Source: a virus. From it: a stretch of DNA of 64,000 bases. The translations under genes were made by a program, and so were the position numbers. How positions within the stretch are numbered: position 1 is the first letter of the stretch; the number at the start of each line of letters is the position of its first letter. The DNA is taken from IMG/VR virus record IMGVR_UViG_3300001530_000094. The stretch is one strand, 5' to 3'. Of this stretch, positions 38,723-48,537 are shown one piece after another. The notes beneath the pieces are model-generated. The model saw only the letters and a list, made by a program, of their open reading frames with translations, was not told where the DNA came from and searched no databases.

Positions 38723-39709
38723 ATGGCGACAGTAACATATACAGTTTCAGGTACACAGATGCACTCAAGAAAGCCTAAAATAAAAAATGATTTAACAATT
38801 AAAGTTACTAGAAAGAATAAACAAACAAAAAAAGTTACTATTTCTATCACTGGAACTATTACTCCTGCTGCTAGTACAGAATTTTATAGAGGACCATTTT
38901 CTAATCCTCAAACAGGTTTCTATTTTTCAACTCATAAAGGTACAGATGGTAGACATGGAAATTATTATAATTTAAGATATGGTACTGATACTGATATAGA
39001 TGTAAGTTGGAGTGAAGAATGGACTAGTGGCACTTTAAAGATATATAGTCACTGCGGTTTCGGAGACTCAGGAGACCATTCTATTCATTGTTCTTATGAT
39101 TATGATAATATATTACTTAAATCTATAGATATTTCAAAGTTACCTTATGAAGAATATATTGACCCCACTAACTTTACTAGTGGTAAAGTATTTAACCAAA
39201 ATGGAGTACAGAATGGAAATGAAAAGCCAGATAGATGCATTAAAGTAACTTGGTCTGGAGAAAAACCTGGGAGTTATAGCTTTGATAGATATAGTATAGA
39301 TTTATTCAAAGTTTCTGGGCATTATGATGATGGTACGTATAGAATTGGTTCATTTAACAATGTATCTAAAAACACTTTATACGATTTAGATAATATTTCA
39401 TATAATGGAGACTATAGAGACTTAAATAATCGTCATGTTAGACCAGGAGATACTTTGTATGTATGTATCAGAGCTCATAGCACTAAAGGAGATGGAGGTA
39501 GTTGGTTACCTAGATATTATGTAGGAACGATAAAATTATATAAAGATGGAAAGATATTGTATAAACAGTCTAATGGTACTGGAGTAGAATGTACTAAACT
39601 ATATTATAAGCAGTCTAATGGTACAGTACAAAAAGGAAGATATGCTTTTTATAAACAAAATAACAGTACTGTAAAAGTCATAGATATGTATACATATTGT
39701 TATGAATAA
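38723..39709 (+). CDS. phage structural/adhesin protein
   Basis: Short repeats KLYYKQSNGTVQKGRYAFYKQNNSTVK. Confidence 0.55.
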   Translation: MATVTYTVSGTQMHSRKPKIKNDLTIKVTRKNKQTKKVTISITGTITPAASTEFYRGPFSNPQTGFYFSTHKGTDGRHGNYYNLRYGTDTDIDVSWSEEWTSGTLKIYSHCGFGDSGDHSIHCSYDYDNILLKSIDISKLPYEEYIDPTNFTSGKVFNQNGVQNGNEKPDRCIKVTWSGEKPGSYSFDRYSIDLFKVSGHYDDGTYRIGSFNNVSKNTLYDLDNISYNGDYRDLNNRHVRPGDTLYVCIRAHSTKGDGGSWLPRYYVGTIKLYKDGKILYKQSNGTGVECTKLYYKQSNGTVQKGRYAFYKQNNSTVKVIDMYTYCYE

Positions 39710-39729
39710 TAAACAGGAGGTTCACAGAA

Positions 39730-40152
39730 ATGCTCAGAATAAACACAGAGATAATTTTAGATAATGGAATAGTAATTAATTGGCTTCTTTTAAATCTTGT
39801 CTCTATAAGGAAATCTGAATTGGAGTTAACTTTTGATACATTCACTTCTAAAGATTTATTAGTAAAGTCAGTTGAAAGAAAAATAAAAATAAAAGAAAAT
39901 TTAGAATTAGCTGCAAAGTTTAAAGATATGGTTGATAATAAAACTTCTACTGATAAAGATGAACTAAATGAGCTACAAAATAAAATTAATAAATTATCAG
40001 ATGAGGTAGATAATCTTCCAGATTATAATGAAGTAGTTATATCTAATTTTTCAGTTACTATTCCATATTCTCATAAAGAAAAAATAACTAAAGATTTCAT
40101 AGTAGAAAAGTTAAAAGAAAAGAATTTATTTAAGATAGAAAAGTATGAATAG
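39730..40152 (+). CDS. hypothetical protein (paralog-like to 41971 ORF)
   Basis: Shared IKEKxEL...NKINKLSDEVDNLPD-type organisation. Confidence 0.5.
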   Translation: MLRINTEIILDNGIVINWLLLNLVSIRKSELELTFDTFTSKDLLVKSVERKIKIKENLELAAKFKDMVDNKTSTDKDELNELQNKINKLSDEVDNLPDYNEVVISNFSVTIPYSHKEKITKDFIVEKLKEKNLFKIEKYE

Positions 40153-40169
40153 AAAGGAGATTAGATAAT

Positions 40170-40910
40170 ATGATACAAATGCTTGGTAGTTCTAGACTAC
40201 TTAATAAGGCTATTCAAGAGAATGTTAATTCTACGAATACTAATAGAATTATAGAACTATATGGTATAAGTTCTATTGATGAATTGACTGATGTTCCATT
40301 ATTAGTTAAATCTTCTGTATCTGGCACAAGTGCTACTACTTATATTGAGATAACTAGCAGCGGAACAACTATAGATACAGTAGAACTTAATGTTTATAAC
40401 AATGGTGCAATAGATGTACCATTTTCAAACTGGGTTATAGCAAACCAATTGTACTTTTTAGTATATGATTTTGATAATAGTTGCTTTAACGCTTTTCCAG
40501 TAGGTAGCGGAGAATCAGCTGCTCCCCCTCCTAGTACTTTAATGGCCTTATCAGATGATATCTTGACTTTAACAAATTCTTCTACAGCTTCTGAGATTGA
40601 AACAGCCTTTGGAGATGTTGACAGTGAAGAGACTTTTATGGATTGGGTTAGCAGTATGTCTGGTCAATTAGTTATTTTTGATTTAGATTATAGTATTGTA
40701 AATTATATAACAATAAATAACTATAGAATGTCTAGTGATGGACTACACTACTCAATTTATTTTAATACTTATAATGTTAATAGCAACAATACTTTAGAAT
40801 TAGTTTACAAAGTTATGACTTTTAATAAAACTGCAACTGCTGATACTATATTTAGTTCAGTATCAGTGAAAGAAACTACTATATCTGATGGAAATGGGGT
40901 GGCATACTAA
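40170..40910 (+). CDS. hypothetical tail-cluster protein
   Basis: ORF. Confidence 0.55.
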   Translation: MIQMLGSSRLLNKAIQENVNSTNTNRIIELYGISSIDELTDVPLLVKSSVSGTSATTYIEITSSGTTIDTVELNVYNNGAIDVPFSNWVIANQLYFLVYDFDNSCFNAFPVGSGESAAPPPSTLMALSDDILTLTNSSTASEIETAFGDVDSEETFMDWVSSMSGQLVIFDLDYSIVNYITINNYRMSSDGLHYSIYFNTYNVNSNNTLELVYKVMTFNKTATADTIFSSVSVKETTISDGNGVAY

Positions 40911-41941
40911 TGGGACAAGTTTATGTAGATGAAAATAGTTTAAGTTCAATAGGAAATGCAATCAGAAACATAACTAACACAACTAATAATTTTTATCCTA
41001 ATCAAATGGGACCAGCTATAGAAAATATCAGTATGGGTCCAGAAATTACAGATGCTAGTTACTTATTTTATCATGGAGCTAGAATGTCTCAGTATATAGA
41101 TTTAATAAACTGTATATCTCCTAATGTACATTACACTTCAGAAATGTTTTCAGGACTTAATTTTTCAAATTACCCATTTGAAATCCCTATTTTTAATACA
41201 AGTAATGTAGTACAAGCTTCCAATATGTTTTTTAATTATATAATGCTAAGAAATGCTCCTGCATTTAATTTTAGCAGTCTTACACAGGCTCAATATATGT
41301 TTTCTAACTGTACTAACTTAACAGATATTCCTAATTTTACTACTAGTGATAGGTTACAAAATTTGTGCGGTATTTTTAGATATTGTTATAGTATGACGAA
41401 TACCAGTAATATAAGTTATTGGAATACAGAAAATGTTACTAACATAGACCAGATGTTTCTATTTTGTAATCACATATCAACAATTAATGATTTGAATTTC
41501 CCTAAAGTTACTAATTTAAGAACTTTTTGTGGTGGTTGTCATTCACTTGTTTCATTAAATAATTGCAATTTTAGTAATGCACAGAACTTGTGGCAATCTT
41601 TTAGTCAGTGCTGGAATTTACAAGCTATACCAGAAATTCATTCAGACAATATTATTAATATGTGTGAAGCCTTTGTAAGTTGTTCTAATTTAACAGAAGT
41701 TATACAATATAATACTTTAAAAGTAAAAGATATGTGTAGAACTTTTCAGTTCTGTAATAATTTAAGTAATGCAAGTATACAGAATATAATTAATATGTGT
41801 TTAAATAGTAATATAACAACTGCTAGTTATAAAAATCTAACAGTTAATAATGGTAATAGCCCACTTTATCAGACTAAATTTAATAATTCATACTATCAAG
41901 ATAGATGGCAAGAACTTACAGATGCTGGTTGGACATATTAG
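40910..41941 (+). CDS. BspA-like LRR (DUF285) surface protein
   Basis: FSNCTNLTDIPNFTTSDRLQNLCGIFRYCYSM... repeats. Confidence 0.8.
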   Translation: MGQVYVDENSLSSIGNAIRNITNTTNNFYPNQMGPAIENISMGPEITDASYLFYHGARMSQYIDLINCISPNVHYTSEMFSGLNFSNYPFEIPIFNTSNVVQASNMFFNYIMLRNAPAFNFSSLTQAQYMFSNCTNLTDIPNFTTSDRLQNLCGIFRYCYSMTNTSNISYWNTENVTNIDQMFLFCNHISTINDLNFPKVTNLRTFCGGCHSLVSLNNCNFSNAQNLWQSFSQCWNLQAIPEIHSDNIINMCEAFVSCSNLTEVIQYNTLKVKDMCRTFQFCNNLSNASIQNIINMCLNSNITTASYKNLTVNNGNSPLYQTKFNNSYYQDRWQELTDAGWTY

Positions 41942-41970
41942 AAGCATAATATTTAATAGGAGGAATTTTC

Positions 41971-42381
41971 ATGGCATTTTTAAAAGAGAGGAAATTAAAA
42001 AATGGAGTTATAACTACCTATCATAGAATTAAATCTGTAAACTATAATTTTTTAGAAGGACAGACTTTAGTAGAGATAGATAGTTATACTTCTAAAGAAT
42101 ACAGAGAAAAAGAGAAGAAAATAGATGAACTAAATAAAACAATTAATGTTCTTTATAATCAGTATAGAACTTCTATAGAAAAAGGAGAAAAACAGTTAGC
42201 AGATTCTATAAGAGAGAAAATGAATGAACTTCAAGAGATTCAAGATGATTTATCTTCTAAAAACTTTATAGCTGATACTTCTGTAGTTACTATAGATTCT
42301 ATACCTGAAGATATAACTATTTCATCTATCTATAAATTACTCAGTACTTTAGAAGAATATTCTGATGCGAAAGAGGTGTAA
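41971..42381 (+). CDS. hypothetical protein
   Basis: ORF. Confidence 0.55.
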   Translation: MAFLKERKLKNGVITTYHRIKSVNYNFLEGQTLVEIDSYTSKEYREKEKKIDELNKTINVLYNQYRTSIEKGEKQLADSIREKMNELQEIQDDLSSKNFIADTSVVTIDSIPEDITISSIYKLLSTLEEYSDAKEV

Positions 42382-42383
42382 AA

Positions 42384-43022
42384 ATGAAAGAAAGATTGCA
42401 AGTTCCAATAAATGGTTTAGTTAATACTAACCAAAGCTTTTTAAGAGCTGATATAGATACAGTTTACATAGGAAAGAAAAGATATCTAAATATATTAGCT
42501 TCTGTAGAATTAAAGCCTGATATAGGAAAAGCCAGTACTTCTACTTTAGAGACTTTTGAACTTAGAATATCTCTAGATGATAATCTCATAAAGAGAGAAA
42601 CTATAGAAATAGATTTATTAGAAGGAAAAGACTATCAGATAGAGACTGATGTAGAACTTCATAATGTACAGTATGAAACTAGATTATTAAACGTTGAGAT
42701 GTGTAACTTTAGAAATAATATTATAGAATATACAGCAATAAAAGAAATGATAAATATAGAACCTATAAAAGAAAGTAAAACTTTTATAAGAGTAGATTAC
42801 TATCAAGACAAAGACTTAGTTCATAACTTTAGTTATTATACTAATAAATCAACAAATAGAATTTTTATGAAGATGAACAATAATAATTGGAAAGAAATTT
42901 TTAGTGGTTTCAGTTTAAAAAATGAAGAATTAGAAGGAAAAGTAAATTACCTTCAACTTTACACTACAGATGAAGAAAATAACAAAATCTATTCAAATGT
43001 TATCAGATTTATAAAAACTTAA
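42384..43022 (+). CDS. hypothetical protein
   Basis: ORF. Confidence 0.55.
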   Translation: MKERLQVPINGLVNTNQSFLRADIDTVYIGKKRYLNILASVELKPDIGKASTSTLETFELRISLDDNLIKRETIEIDLLEGKDYQIETDVELHNVQYETRLLNVEMCNFRNNIIEYTAIKEMINIEPIKESKTFIRVDYYQDKDLVHNFSYYTNKSTNRIFMKMNNNNWKEIFSGFSLKNEELEGKVNYLQLYTTDEENNKIYSNVIRFIKT

Positions 43023-43050
43023 ACATCAGAATGACTTTAGAGACATTTTA
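43021..43050 (+). repeat. intergenic repeat copy 3 (aaacatcagaatgactttagagacatttta)
   Basis: Near-identical to 18307 element. Confidence 0.8.
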
Positions 43051-43075
43051 AAAACTATCTAATATAAATTATATT

Positions 43076-43116
43076 AAGAAGAATAAGTAACCTGCTTAGC
43101 TTATTCTTCTTTTCTT
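43076..43116 (+). terminator. intrinsic terminator
   Basis: aagaagaataag/cttattcttctt 12-bp stem. Confidence 0.75.
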
Positions 43117-43241
43117 TTGTATAAATAATCTCATCAATATTTAATGCTTTATAATATATTATATTAAGAAGAAATTTAGAAGCAATTATATCGATTGATA
43201 ACCTATCATCATAAGTTTAATAAATTATAGGAGGAAAGAGT

Positions 43242-43959
43242 ATGGATTTCGCAACTATTTCTAAATTAGTAATAGATGCTGGTGTGAGCTTAGCATGTTC
43301 AGCTGTAATGATTTTTGTTTTCTACAGACTGATTAATAAGCACATGAAAGATGAGGAGGAATTAAGAAAAAGTCAGGATGAGCAAAATAAAAAATTATTG
43401 CAACACATTCTAGAATCTACACCTTATGCCATAACTCCCAAGAAATACGATGAAGATGTCGCTATTGATAAAGAAATAAATTCTGTACTAAATAAATTAA
43501 AAGATTCGTTGAACCCTACTAGAACTTATCTAGTAACTTTTCATAACGGAGGAAAAGACTTAAGCGGTTTATCTTTTCTAAAGATGAGTATGCGTAATGA
43601 AGTGACAGCTCCTAACATTAAACCTTTGCAAGGAGAATTTCAAAATGTATTTAGAAATACTTTTGCATATTGGTGTAATGAAATTGCAGAAAAAGGTAAA
43701 TGTTATGTAGAAGATAGAGAAGATATGAAAGAAATAGACTCTAGTCTTTATGATTTTATGAATACTAGAGACATTTATTCTCTTTATGGAAAAGCTATAA
43801 TAAACAATGACGGGCATATTATTCGGTTTTATTGGTGTAGAATATATGGTTAAGCCGAAAGTTGATTTAGACAGAATAGAACACTGTTTAACAGATAAGA
43901 AAAATAAAATAGAAGCTCTTTTAAATTACGCACAAAATAACGGAAAGAAAGGAGAGTAA
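43242..43959 (+). CDS. membrane-anchored GAF-like protein joined by a +1 shift at CGG 43824-43826
   Basis: ...GKAIINNDGHII-G-FIGVEYMVKPKVDLDRIEHCLTDKKNKIEALLNYAQNNGKKGE*; new stop sits just before the RBS/ATG of the 43962 gene. Confidence 0.82.
43824..43826 (+). other. CGG recoding (+1 frameshift) site 7
   Basis: ATT CGG TTT -> ATT (C) GGT TTT ATT GGT GTA. Confidence 0.82.
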
Positions 43960-43961
43960 GT

Positions 43962-44693
43962 ATGTACGCAGAAATAAAGAATGCAAATAAGATTTTAATA
44001 AATAGATTAGCAGATACTGAAAGAATATTATTAGAACAAATTGCTAATGAAGCAGAAACTGCAGAAATAACTTTCTCTAAACTAACTGGTGAAACAGGTG
44101 ATTTTGACGGTATAATGATAAATGTTACTAATACTATTAAAAAGATAGAACCTACAGAGAAAATACTTTCTGAAATTACAGTTTTAGTAGGAGAACCTAA
44201 AGAATATGTATTACCAGTAGATGGAGAAGTTACAGTTTTAACAGCATATAACAATGAACATCTTAAAGTTACTGCTAGTAATAATAAACTAGTATTTTCT
44301 ACTGATGGTGTATTTGAAGATACAGTTCATTATGAAATTACTAAAGCTGGATATGAATCTTTAGCCGGAGAAATAAAAATAATTTCTAAAGAAAGAGATG
44401 AAGTTACTCTAACTATTAACACAGACCCAGCTGACCCAGATGCTATATTAGTATTTGATGAACATGATACTAAGTTAATCCCAGTAAATTCTGATATTAT
44501 AAATATCTATTCATTACCAATAGGAACTTATAAAATAGTAATTTCTAAGATAAACTATAGACAAACAGAAGATTTGATAACTATTACTTCAGAAGATTTA
44601 GCTAATAAAACTAAGACTATTACTATAGAATTAACTGCTATAAACTCTGAAGATGTAGTTCATTTAGTAGATGAAGAAGAGGAGGGAGCATAG
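43962..44693 (+). CDS. hypothetical tail-cluster protein
   Basis: ORF, Ig/PEGA-like beta-rich C-terminus. Confidence 0.5.
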   Translation: MYAEIKNANKILINRLADTERILLEQIANEAETAEITFSKLTGETGDFDGIMINVTNTIKKIEPTEKILSEITVLVGEPKEYVLPVDGEVTVLTAYNNEHLKVTASNNKLVFSTDGVFEDTVHYEITKAGYESLAGEIKIISKERDEVTLTINTDPADPDAILVFDEHDTKLIPVNSDIINIYSLPIGTYKIVISKINYRQTEDLITITSEDLANKTKTITIELTAINSEDVVHLVDEEEEGA

Positions 44694-44913
44694 TATGGCT
44701 AAAAATTTATTTATAGAAACAAAAAGTGGGAAACTTCAAAATCTATATCTTTTACAAGATGTAAGAGCTGTAGAATCTGAAGAAGAGCCTGAAAAATATG
44801 CTCTAGCCTATGTTCAAGAAAATGGTGTTATATTAGAAGATATGTTGTATGACACTATGGAAGAAGCAGAAGCTGCTGTAGAAGAAGTAAAAGCAGAAAT
44901 TTTAGGAGAGTAA
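44694..44913 (+). CDS. small protein, paralog of the 44928 ORF N-terminus
   Basis: MAKNLFIETKSGKLQNLYLLQDVRAVES...; ATG 44694 preferred. Confidence 0.6.
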
Positions 44914-44927
44914 AGGAGGTTGTAAAT

Positions 44928-45287
44928 ATGGCTGCTGAGCAAGGTTTATTCATTGAAAGATTAGATGGTAGAGCCGCAAATGTTAGTTTAATTCAAACCA
45001 TATTTATAGACCCTGAAGACTCTACCAATATAGTATGGTATTTTAGAAACGGAGAAACTTATGAAGAAGATTTAGCTTCTGAAGAAGAAGCTCAAAGTAG
45101 ATATGATGCTTTAAAAGGATTGCTTTTAGGAGTAACTATTGCAGAACTAGAAGAAACTATTACAGAGCAAGCAAATACAATTGCAGAACAAGAAGAAGTA
45201 ATAGATGATTTAAACGTAAATATAGATGAGTTTGTTGAAAAAACTGAAGTTATATTATCAGGAGAGGAGGAATCTTTAAATGCCTAA
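44928..45287 (+). CDS. small tail-cluster protein
   Basis: ORF, ggaggt RBS. Confidence 0.6.
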   Translation: MAAEQGLFIERLDGRAANVSLIQTIFIDPEDSTNIVWYFRNGETYEEDLASEEEAQSRYDALKGLLLGVTIAELEETITEQANTIAEQEEVIDDLNVNIDEFVEKTEVILSGEEESLNA

Positions 45288-46668
45288 GTCAAGTGTAGAA
45301 CAGTTAAGAGATAATTTAACAGAAATAGAAGATATAAAGGGACAGATAAGACAAGCAATAATAGCAAAAGAGACAGAGGTTCCTTTAGATACACCTTTCT
45401 CAGAATATCCTCAGAAAATAGAAGATATTCAAACAAAAGAAGATTTAGACAATGTATTAAATACTCAAGATGAAAAAATAGCTGAGTTAGAAGCTGCTTT
45501 AGAGAATAAAACTGCTGGCGGAAAAGTTAAATTAAATATATATGCTCAGACAACAGAACCAACAGACAAAAACGGTATATGGCTTCAAACAGATAAGACT
45601 TTTGATAAAATTTATTTTGACACAAATGTGGTGACAGCTGCGACTTGGGACACATCTATGACATATACTTCTATACCTTATGAGTTTCGTTATGGAGGAA
45701 GCGCAACAGTAGGGACAGATATTTACCTTTTTGGTTCAAGTAGTGCTAGAAACACCGCTTATAAATATGACACTTTGACAGACACTTATTCTCAATTAGC
45801 AGATATACCATATTCATTTTATGGGGGAAGTACAATTGCTGTTGACACAGATATTTATTTATTTGGGTCTAATGTATCAGGTAATACAAAAAAAGCGTAT
45901 AAGTATGACACGTTGACTGATACATACATGGCTTTAACAGATATACCTTATGATTTTGCTAGAGGTGGAATATCTTATTTAAACGGAATTATATATTTGC
46001 TGGGGGGTAAGGATGATTATAGTACAGGTTATAAATATGATATAAATGCTAATAGTTATACACAAATCCCAGGTTCTCCTAATGGGGTAAGATTTGATTG
46101 TCGTTATGCAGAAGTTGCAACTGTCGGTGAGGATGTTTATATATTTGGGGGAGGTCGTGTGGACTATACTGTCTATGTAAAAACTGCTTATAAATATAAT
46201 ATGACTACAAATGTAGTGACTAAACTTACTGATTTACCTGAGAATGTGTATTATGGGGGTGCTATATCATTTGGTTCAAGCATTTATTTGTTTGGAAATT
46301 ATTCATACGCATATAAATATGATGTAGATAGTGATAGTTATGAAGCTATACCTAGTCCTGGTGCAAGTCATTCTTATATAGGTTGTAGAGTAGAAATAGT
46401 GCAAAATAAAATTTTTATATTAGGTGGAAATGGTTATCCGACATTAATAAGTGTTTATTTATTAGGCACTAAAGAATACAATGATAACTCTATTGTAGTA
46501 TCACAAGGTCCTAGTTTGAAGACATCTCTGTTTGAAATAAATGGTGTAGAAGGAAGATTGTTGTTTTATTTTGCAGATGCCTGGTATTATACCACTGAAA
46601 ATGGGTTAGATAATACTATTCCTACTTATTATGGTAATAGTACAGAATGGATAAAATTTAAAAACTAG
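45280..46668 (+). CDS. Kelch-repeat (beta-propeller) tail-associated protein
   Basis: Repeats of YKYDTLTDTYxxLxDIPYxFxGGSxIAVDTDIYLFGS. Confidence 0.78.
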   Translation: MPKSSVEQLRDNLTEIEDIKGQIRQAIIAKETEVPLDTPFSEYPQKIEDIQTKEDLDNVLNTQDEKIAELEAALENKTAGGKVKLNIYAQTTEPTDKNGIWLQTDKTFDKIYFDTNVVTAATWDTSMTYTSIPYEFRYGGSATVGTDIYLFGSSSARNTAYKYDTLTDTYSQLADIPYSFYGGSTIAVDTDIYLFGSNVSGNTKKAYKYDTLTDTYMALTDIPYDFARGGISYLNGIIYLLGGKDDYSTGYKYDINANSYTQIPGSPNGVRFDCRYAEVATVGEDVYIFGGGRVDYTVYVKTAYKYNMTTNVVTKLTDLPENVYYGGAISFGSSIYLFGNYSYAYKYDVDSDSYEAIPSPGASHSYIGCRVEIVQNKIFILGGNGYPTLISVYLLGTKEYNDNSIVVSQGPSLKTSLFEINGVEGRLLFYFADAWYYTTENGLDNTIPTYYGNSTEWIKFKN

Positions 46669-46687
46669 AAGAAAGGAGAAAAATTAA

Positions 46688-48026
46688 ATGTCAAGTGGAA
46701 CAAATCAAGAAAGAATAGAACAAAATAATTTAAAGTTAGCTCAATTGAAAACTAAGGCAGATAACTTACCAGAGTATCAAGACATAGAACCTATATATAG
46801 TAATGAAAATTTTTCATTATTTAAAACAAATTTAACCTATGCTAATAATAAGTATATAATATCAAATCTTGATAATAAATATATATCTTATTATATTAGT
46901 AATAATAATCCATATCATCATTATATTGCAAAAGTAAATAATGATGGTACAATTACTAATTTATTTTATAGACAAAAAGGGGAAAGTGGTAGTACTTATT
47001 CTATTGAATTAATTGATTATGATGATAACTATTTATATTTATATGATAGAAATGCTAATTATCGGTAGACAATGGAATTGGAAGATTCAAAGATTTAATC
47101 TATTAACGAATACTATGGAAAGTGATACTTATTGGACAGTTTCAGTAGATGCTAGCAACTGGTTTTATGGACAACATGCATTTAACAATTTAGGTAATGG
47201 ATATGTTCAGCTCACAGATTATGGTTATCCTATTTATAAACTAGATGTAAAAAATAAAGTACGTACCATAGTAAAAAGTCCTGCAAATGCAACTACTTAT
47301 TCATTAATGTTTAATTCCAATATAGTTGCAGCTAATGTGACTGGTACATACACATATATTGTACTTTTAAATTTATTAACTAAAGCGGAGTTAAAAGTAA
47401 ATGTGAATGCAAAAACATATAATGCAATATTAGTAAGTAATGATAGAGTTGTTATAAATAATAATTTATATGTTCTTAATGAGAATCTTACTACAGGTGA
47501 ATTAATTAAAGAAAATGTAATAGAAGGGTATGTAGCTAACGCAACTTGGCTCCTAAACATATATCCTAGCTATTATATGGAATATAATAGAGGTATTTTA
47601 TACTACTTTAATGAAGATACTAATATGTTTGAAAAAGTTTTAAATACTTCTGGTATTATGAGACAGGATTCCGGCTATAAGTCATATAATGCAAAAATAT
47701 GTAATGTAAGCAATTTATATAATATAGTCAAAGCTGATAACTCAGATAAAATTATAGGATATAAATATGATGGTATTACTATGATGTTACCAAATGGCTT
47801 AAGTACATCTTCTGATAAACTTTTAGTTGGTTCTTATCTATATAATAAATTTAATGTGGGTGTTGCCGGAACTATGCCTAATAATGGAGCACTAAATTAT
47901 ACACCATCTACTTCACAACAAACTATACCTGCAGGATATACCTCTGGAGGAACAGTAGCTGCAGTATCTATGACAGAGCAAGAGATAGAACAAGCAGAAA
48001 CTTTAGCAACAGATATACTAAGTTAA
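46688..48026 (+). CDS. tail-associated protein joined by a +1 shift at CGG 47063-47065
   Basis: ...YLYLYDRNANY-G-RQWNWKIQRFNLLTNTMESDTYW...; joins 46688-47068 to the 47013-48026 ORF. Confidence 0.82.
47063..47065 (+). other. CGG recoding (+1 frameshift) site 8
   Basis: TAT CGG TAG -> TAT (C) GGT AGA CAA TGG; the zero-frame stop immediately follows CGG. Confidence 0.85.
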
Positions 48027-48045
48027 GAAAGGGAGGCAGATAAGT

Positions 48046-48521
48046 ATGTCAGATTTATCAAGACTAAATAAAAACAATGACGATTTAGTAGAAGTTGAGC
48101 AAATGGCTGAAGAACTACCAGACATAGACCCAGATACAAGTACCGCAACTGCAACTGCCTCTGACATTATAGCTCGGTAAAACTGCGTGGGCAGTAAATA
48201 GAGAAATAACTGGTACTATTGGAGATTGTAGAAATATAGGAGATTTTTCTCTTATAAATTCTACAGTTAATATGTCAGACCCTTCACGGAATTAAAGTTA
48301 TAGGTAACTTAGATATTATAGAAAATACAGCCGCTTTTAGTAATACTGCTAACTTTATTTCTTTTGTAGGGTATGATAGATTAGCCATTTTACTTGGAAT
48401 ATATCCAGAGAAAATAAAAGCTGGTGAGGTAATTTCTGGCATAACTGGAATTTATGAAGGAGTAATGACTCAAGCAGAACTAAATGAATTGCTAGAGATT
48501 ACTAATGAAATACTAAACTAG
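48046..48521 (+). CDS. tail-associated protein requiring two +1 shifts at CGG (absent from ORF track)
   Basis: MSDLSRLNKNNDDLVEVEQMAEELPDIDPDTSTATATASDIIA-G-KTAWAVNREITGTIGDCRNIGDFSLINSTVNMSDPS-G-IKVIGNLDIIENTAAFSNTANFISFVGYDRLAILLGIYPEKIKAGEVISGITGIYEGVMTQAELNELLEITNEILN*. Confidence 0.85.
48175..48177 (+). other. CGG recoding (+1 frameshift) site 9
   Basis: GCT CGG TAA -> GCT (C) GGT AAA ACT GCG TGG (GKTAW motif common in tail proteins); zero-frame stop immediately follows. Confidence 0.88.
48287..48289 (+). other. CGG recoding (+1 frameshift) site 10
   Basis: TCA CGG AAT TAA -> TCA (C) GGA ATT AAA GTT ATA GGT. Confidence 0.85.
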
Positions 48522-48537
48522 AGAGGAGGATTATAAC

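Noticed and set aside
47013-47068. Independent start of the 47013 ORF
   Set aside because: No RBS and overlaps the tail of the 46688 ORF; better explained as the +1 continuation after CGG 47063.
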